A stretch of DNA of 56,092 nucleotides, counting the filler, from Sluysia triapertura (taxonomy: Eukaryota): NCBI GenBank assembly GCA_046118255.1. It is 4 parts of 4 records of this genome, joined end to end, with 100 filler letters (N's around TTAATTAATTAA, not from the genome) between each part and the next. Parts side by side here need not be neighbours in the genome. Positions count along the whole stretch, not along the records: positions 41,821 to 56,092 come from JBJNIA010000898.1; 3 more parts are not named here. One strand, given 5' to 3'. Under the pieces are notes generated by a model. It worked only from the letters and a program-made list of their open reading frames with translations. It made no database searches and was not told where the DNA came from. Positions 51,601 to 56,092 of this stretch are shown here, piece by piece. Position numbers and translations under genes: made by a program. Within the stretch, counting starts at the first letter, position 1, and the number at the start of each line of letters is the position of its first letter.

Positions 51601-54199
51601 ATATAAAAATTTTAACAAGGACCTTTTTGCAAGTTTTTATAATTAATTTAATATTATTCTTTATTAAATCTACTACTATCAAATTCTATTTAAAATATGA
51701 ATATGTGCAACATAAAAACAAGTAATGATAATTTTACGTAAATATTAAATCATGTTAAACCACTAATAAATAATTTATATATTAAATACTAGAATAAATT
51801 ATACAAGTAATTTGAAGTCTAAATTTAATATTGGAATAATATATTCAAATAATTAAAAATTTAATTGGCAAAATTTAAAATAGGAATAAATTATTAATTC
51901 CACTTATTTGCTGTATTCAAGGTAAAATTTAACGAAGGTATTTTGAACACATTCAAGATATATTCAAAGGAAGGAGATGTTGAAGACGGATTATCATTCA
52001 AGTATAATTTAACTTATATTTGACGTACAGGTTTAAAAACATAAGAATTTGACAAACATTTAAAATATTATAATGTTTTAATATAATAATACAATTTTAA
52101 TAATTTTATATAAAATTTTATATAATTTTTTATATAAAGGGAGAAAGTTTGAGTTATATAAGTAATTGCACTCGCATAATAAAAAATTCATAATTTATTA
52201 GAATGCATAATTTTCAAAAGAAAATGTTATATTACAAGTAGACATTATAATATTTGTAGATGTAAATTTAAAAATGATATAAAAGTACAATATCTAAAAA
52301 TGTCGCAGTTCAATAATTCATATGACTTCATAGTTTGAAATAATATAGTTACATTAATCATTTTCAACACAATAAAAAATATAGAATTCTTTATCTACTA
52401 TAGATTTAAAACTAGTTGCCTATATAACTTGGAAATCACTTTTTGAATTTGAAAACGAATTTTGTTTAATCTGAAAATTATTATTTGAGAATCAAAATAA
52501 AGCAAAATTTTCGTTAGTTTTAAAAAATATATATATAAGATAACACTATAATTAAGTTAATAAAATAGTCGTAAAAATTTTGTAACTTAAAAAAAATTAC
52601 ATAGAAAAATTATTAAAAGAAAAATTAATTCGTAAATTATTATTGCAAAATAATAATGTTAAAATTTATCTACCTGTTTTTCTTTCTTATGTATACTAAA
52701 AAAATTTTTTCTATCATAAACTTTACGTTACATTACGTTTATTACATTTTGTATACTTTTTATTATTTTCGAATTTTAAAATTTTATTACAACTGTATCA
52801 TAAACTTTAAATTACATTACGTTATAAATTGTACGTTTATTACATTTGTATACTCTATATTGTTTTTTGAATAAATATTTGAATAAACCTTATAGTCGAT
52901 TTTGTGTATTAATAATAATGAATTAAAATACTCTAATTCACTTAAGACTTTTACATAAAACATAATTTATATAATTTTACAGAAAGTTTAAAATCCAAGA
53001 AAGTAATAATTAACGATTGTATTAAATCAAAATTATTAATTTATCGGATCCTTATAAATTTGATTTTATTTAAAGTCATAAAAACTAATCTTGTTATACT
53101 AGCGGACTTTAATCAATCAAGAATTTTTTTTCTTTGAAACCTCTGATAAGCTTGCATTTTATTTATTTTTCGCTGACACCTAAGAGTTGGTCCTTCACTG
53201 TGTAAGCCCAATATCATAGGAGCTCACAAATAAAAAAAAGAAAAACAAAATAATTAAACCACAAAGTTTTGCCACATATTAACGACTCAATAACCAGAAA
53301 ATGGAGAAAGCAGGAAGAAAATCAGAGATTTGGAAAAAAATACAATAAAGCAATCGAGGCTTGAAATCCAAATGACACAAACAAGAAAATGGGATTAGAG
53401 AATAGGAGACAAGGGAAGATCGTAAGTACACGTCCTAGATAAATGAATAATAAGTAATAAGATTTGAAGGAGAAATTTGTTATCTATTAAAATCAGTACA
53501 GTTTTTCAATATCTTCACGTAATAAATGCAGTGAAAAATTAGATGGTAAAAATAGCATCATTAATATGGATTCCATTAGCATACAATCTTCCAATGAAAG
53601 ATTTTATGCATGTTTTAACACATACTGCTTTTGAATTAAGCTATTCCCATGCTCATTTTTGAAGAAAACAAATCTTAAAGAGAATGAATGGGGATGAAAA
53701 AAGTTGTATTGATACACTTATAAGATACACGCACGGATTTGAGAACATTAAGTAAATGATTAGGAATCTATCATACAACTTTAACACTTATAGTAATGAA
53801 TAACATGACTGTCCATATCATGAATGCTGTCAAAGATTTTTTGAAGTGGTATGCCTAAAATTTTTTGGATACATGTGCCAACCAATCATTTAAAACATTT
53901 ATCAGATAAGAGATAAGTTAAAAGATATAAACAAGTGCCCAAGAGAAATGTAAGTGATATTCTGTATTATAATAATAATTATTCACTACGAAATAATATT
54001 AAATCCCATTGAAATATATCTAAAATAATTCATTTTTTAAGCAAGTTATTTAATAATTTCACGGTGTATAATTAAAAACTTTAGAAATATAATAGTATAT
54101 ACTTTATTATTCGGAAGTGGTGGAATGGGTGGAGCTTGAGATTGTGAATTTAGTTTGGGAGGAGGAGTAGGAGGATTCTCTGACGAATCATTACTGATT
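42689..54199 (-). CDS. GCK-I subfamily Ste20 kinase (MAP4K3/MAP4K5/happyhour-like), internal part: proline-rich linker and start of CNH domain
   Basis: Phase-compatible exons 54199-54103 (PPTPPPK...APPIPPLP), 50765-50589, 46036-45814, 45774-45538 ([34 protein letters not shown]), 42980-42901 (QIMLFGTNEGIY) and 42864-42689 (LFPRSCSWLYV...SLSG..PQLYNHNL). The last three match the MAP4K1/2/3/5 CNH N-terminus; the linker exons are less certain. The kinase domain and the rest of CNH lie outside the window or contig. Confidence 0.88.
44646..44727 (-). repeat. Dispersed hairpin-forming repeat, copy C
   Basis: Reverse complement ATGAGTTCACCAACTTGTCTAGTCTTACCGGTTAGGGCTAGCCGTTGGA is nearly identical to 49411-49459. 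Confidence 0.75.
49411..49490 (+). repeat. Dispersed hairpin-forming repeat, copy D
   Basis: ATGAGTTCACTAACGTATCTAGTCTTACCAGTTAGGGCTAGCCGTTAGA, inverted relative to copy C. Confidence 0.75.
51433..51478. mobile_element. 46-bp piggyBac-type miniature element
   Basis: TTAA on both sides (51429-32, 51479-82) and 13-bp terminal inverted repeats CCCCTTAAYGCRC. Confidence 0.65.
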
Positions 54200-55950
54200 C
54201 TACATTAAAAAATATGTAAATTACTGCAACTTTCATAATGAAATTTAGATTTTAATGTAAATTAAAATATTAATATTTTGACTAACCATGTATTATCATA
54301 TGCATTATATGTATGATAAATATAATTTTTATTATATTTTTTTACTTATTATTTTTATTGTTATTATAATAAATAAAATATTATTTTTTTAAACTAAATT
54401 ATAATTAATCCAGTTATTATAATTTTATTGTCATTAATAATGTCTTTTTAAATATTTTAATGTAAAAAATAAAATAACAGTATAACTATGCAAAAAAGTA
54501 AACATCATTGTTAAGGTTTTTGTTTTAAAGCATGCAATACTTTGTTTTTTATATTAAATTGATTTTAGCAATGACCGTTAATAATACATAAATGAACACA
54601 TTTTCACTTAGTTTAAAAAAATTAAAGCTATCTACGTATAATTTTGGGCTTACAAATTTAAGACCTCTATATAGCGAACATCAACTTGTTCGTTAAAAAA
54701 TAACGATCAATATAATAAACATTTATTCATAAAACAAAAATAGTATTTATTTTTTGAAATTTTTTTCTTATGTTTGATTCACTAAGCCTTCTCCTGAAAT
54801 AGCTTTTGAGCTGATATTATTGTAAAGATTACTTATTAGTAGTAAAGTTTATATGTGAAATTATCTACAATTTAATTCCATTAAAAACTGCATTAAAAAT
54901 ATTAAAATTATTGTTAAAATTTATAATCTAGAAGAATAAAATGTTAATTCAAAATTAAGACAAAAAGTAATAACATAATAGTAAACAATAATATGAATAA
55001 AATAATAATTAAAATCAAAAGAGAAAAATAATAAATAAATAATTACAAACTATAATGTAAATGAAATAATAGCGAAAAAGTAATTTCACTATATTTTATT
55101 GTATTACAAAAATTAAAAAATTAAAAAATTTGATAACCTGCATTTTTTGGTCAATAGTGTAACTATTCTTACTTTTTTCTGATTATTATAATAAAATTTA
55201 ATATCAAAAAATGTTTTCTATATATTCTTGAAGCGCTAATTCCATTTTTTCAAAAAATATGGTCTTACTTAAGTACAGGTCTAATTGTACACATATTATA
55301 ACTGAAATTCTCATGATGCAAAAGTATTTTAAAGCATATTTCAATCTTCATCAAGAAAAAGAAAAAAAACATTTGAAAATATTATGGTATTTATTAGTTT
55401 CCAGAGAAGGTATTATTTATTTCAAAAGAACGAAATTATGAACATAACCACCTAATGCGTGCAATAATTAATAGAGAAGAATGTTTTGCTTCTATTTCCC
55501 AAAATTAATCATAAATCAAATATACTATTGTAATAAGCATTACATGAAATTCAAAATTACAACATAGTACTTTATAAATATTAAGTTCTTAAAACAAAAC
55601 AATTTTATCGCCCTGTAAAATTTAAAAATACAAAAGAAATTCAAAATAATAAAATTTATTTCTCTAATAATGAGTGTAAAACTATGGACTTAGTATTAAG
55701 AGATTTTTAAATACACACATATCGAGTAAATAACGAATATTTATATAATCATAACCTATAATGTATTTTAGAATTTGAAATTTGATTATAAGGTCAATTA
55801 TATTGCAGAATACACTAAAGTACATATTGTAAAATTAACTCAAATCAGTAGAACAATTTAAATAACAATTAATATTGAAATATTATTAAACTGTTTTAAA
55901 TAAATAATTATTTTTATCTATGTGCAAGCAATGACACAGAAATGGTTCAA

Positions 55951-56013
<63 letters not shown>
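55951..56013. repeat. (AAT)21 microsatellite, followed by an imperfect (ATT)n tract to the window end
   Basis: Direct reading. Confidence 0.95.
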
Positions 56014-56014
<1 letters not shown>

Positions 56015-56048
56015 TATTAGGATACTATTATTCTTATTATCATCCTTT

Positions 56049-56092
<44 letters not shown>

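Noticed and set aside
1-56092. CRISPR array, prokaryotic operon or defence system; alternative genetic code
   Set aside because: No regularly spaced repeat-spacer array, and the DNA is clearly spliceosomal and eukaryotic. Conserved genes translate with the standard code and end in TAA; internal stops are confined to decayed elements and one probable mini-intron.

Overview
Very AT-rich metazoan genomic DNA. The window is four unrelated contigs joined by artificial 100-bp linkers (N44-TTAATTAATTAA-N44): 1-16413, 16514-28516, 28617-41720 and 41821-56092. Four spliced genes can be reconstructed by hand. (1) A complete DDX21/DDX50-like gene (minus, 2286-3809) that keeps the GUCT domain and RGG tail but has lost every helicase catalytic motif and the whole second RecA domain. 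(2) The 5' half of isovaleryl-CoA dehydrogenase (plus, 28671-30453). (3) A complete TMEM18 (minus, 37988-38505). (4) The middle of a GCK-I/MAP4K3/5-type kinase gene (minus, 42689-54199). Most introns are 31-41 nt, which suggests a reduced parasitic animal such as an orthonectid (Intoshia); this is an inference only. Intergenic DNA is mostly decayed mobile elements (L2/CR1-like LINE, RTE-like, MULE, hAT and piggyBac remnants), orphan pseudo-ORFs and stem-loops. The strongest unexpected signal is a ~135-140 bp TG...CA element with a tRNA-like Pol III cassette, present twice. Each copy has a 4-bp target-site duplication, and one is confirmed by an empty paralogous site in the window; it looks like the solo LTR of a tRNA-bearing TRIM retrotransposon. 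The second is the apparently intact but catalytically dead DDX21-like pseudo-helicase. All calls come from manual reading; no searches were run.
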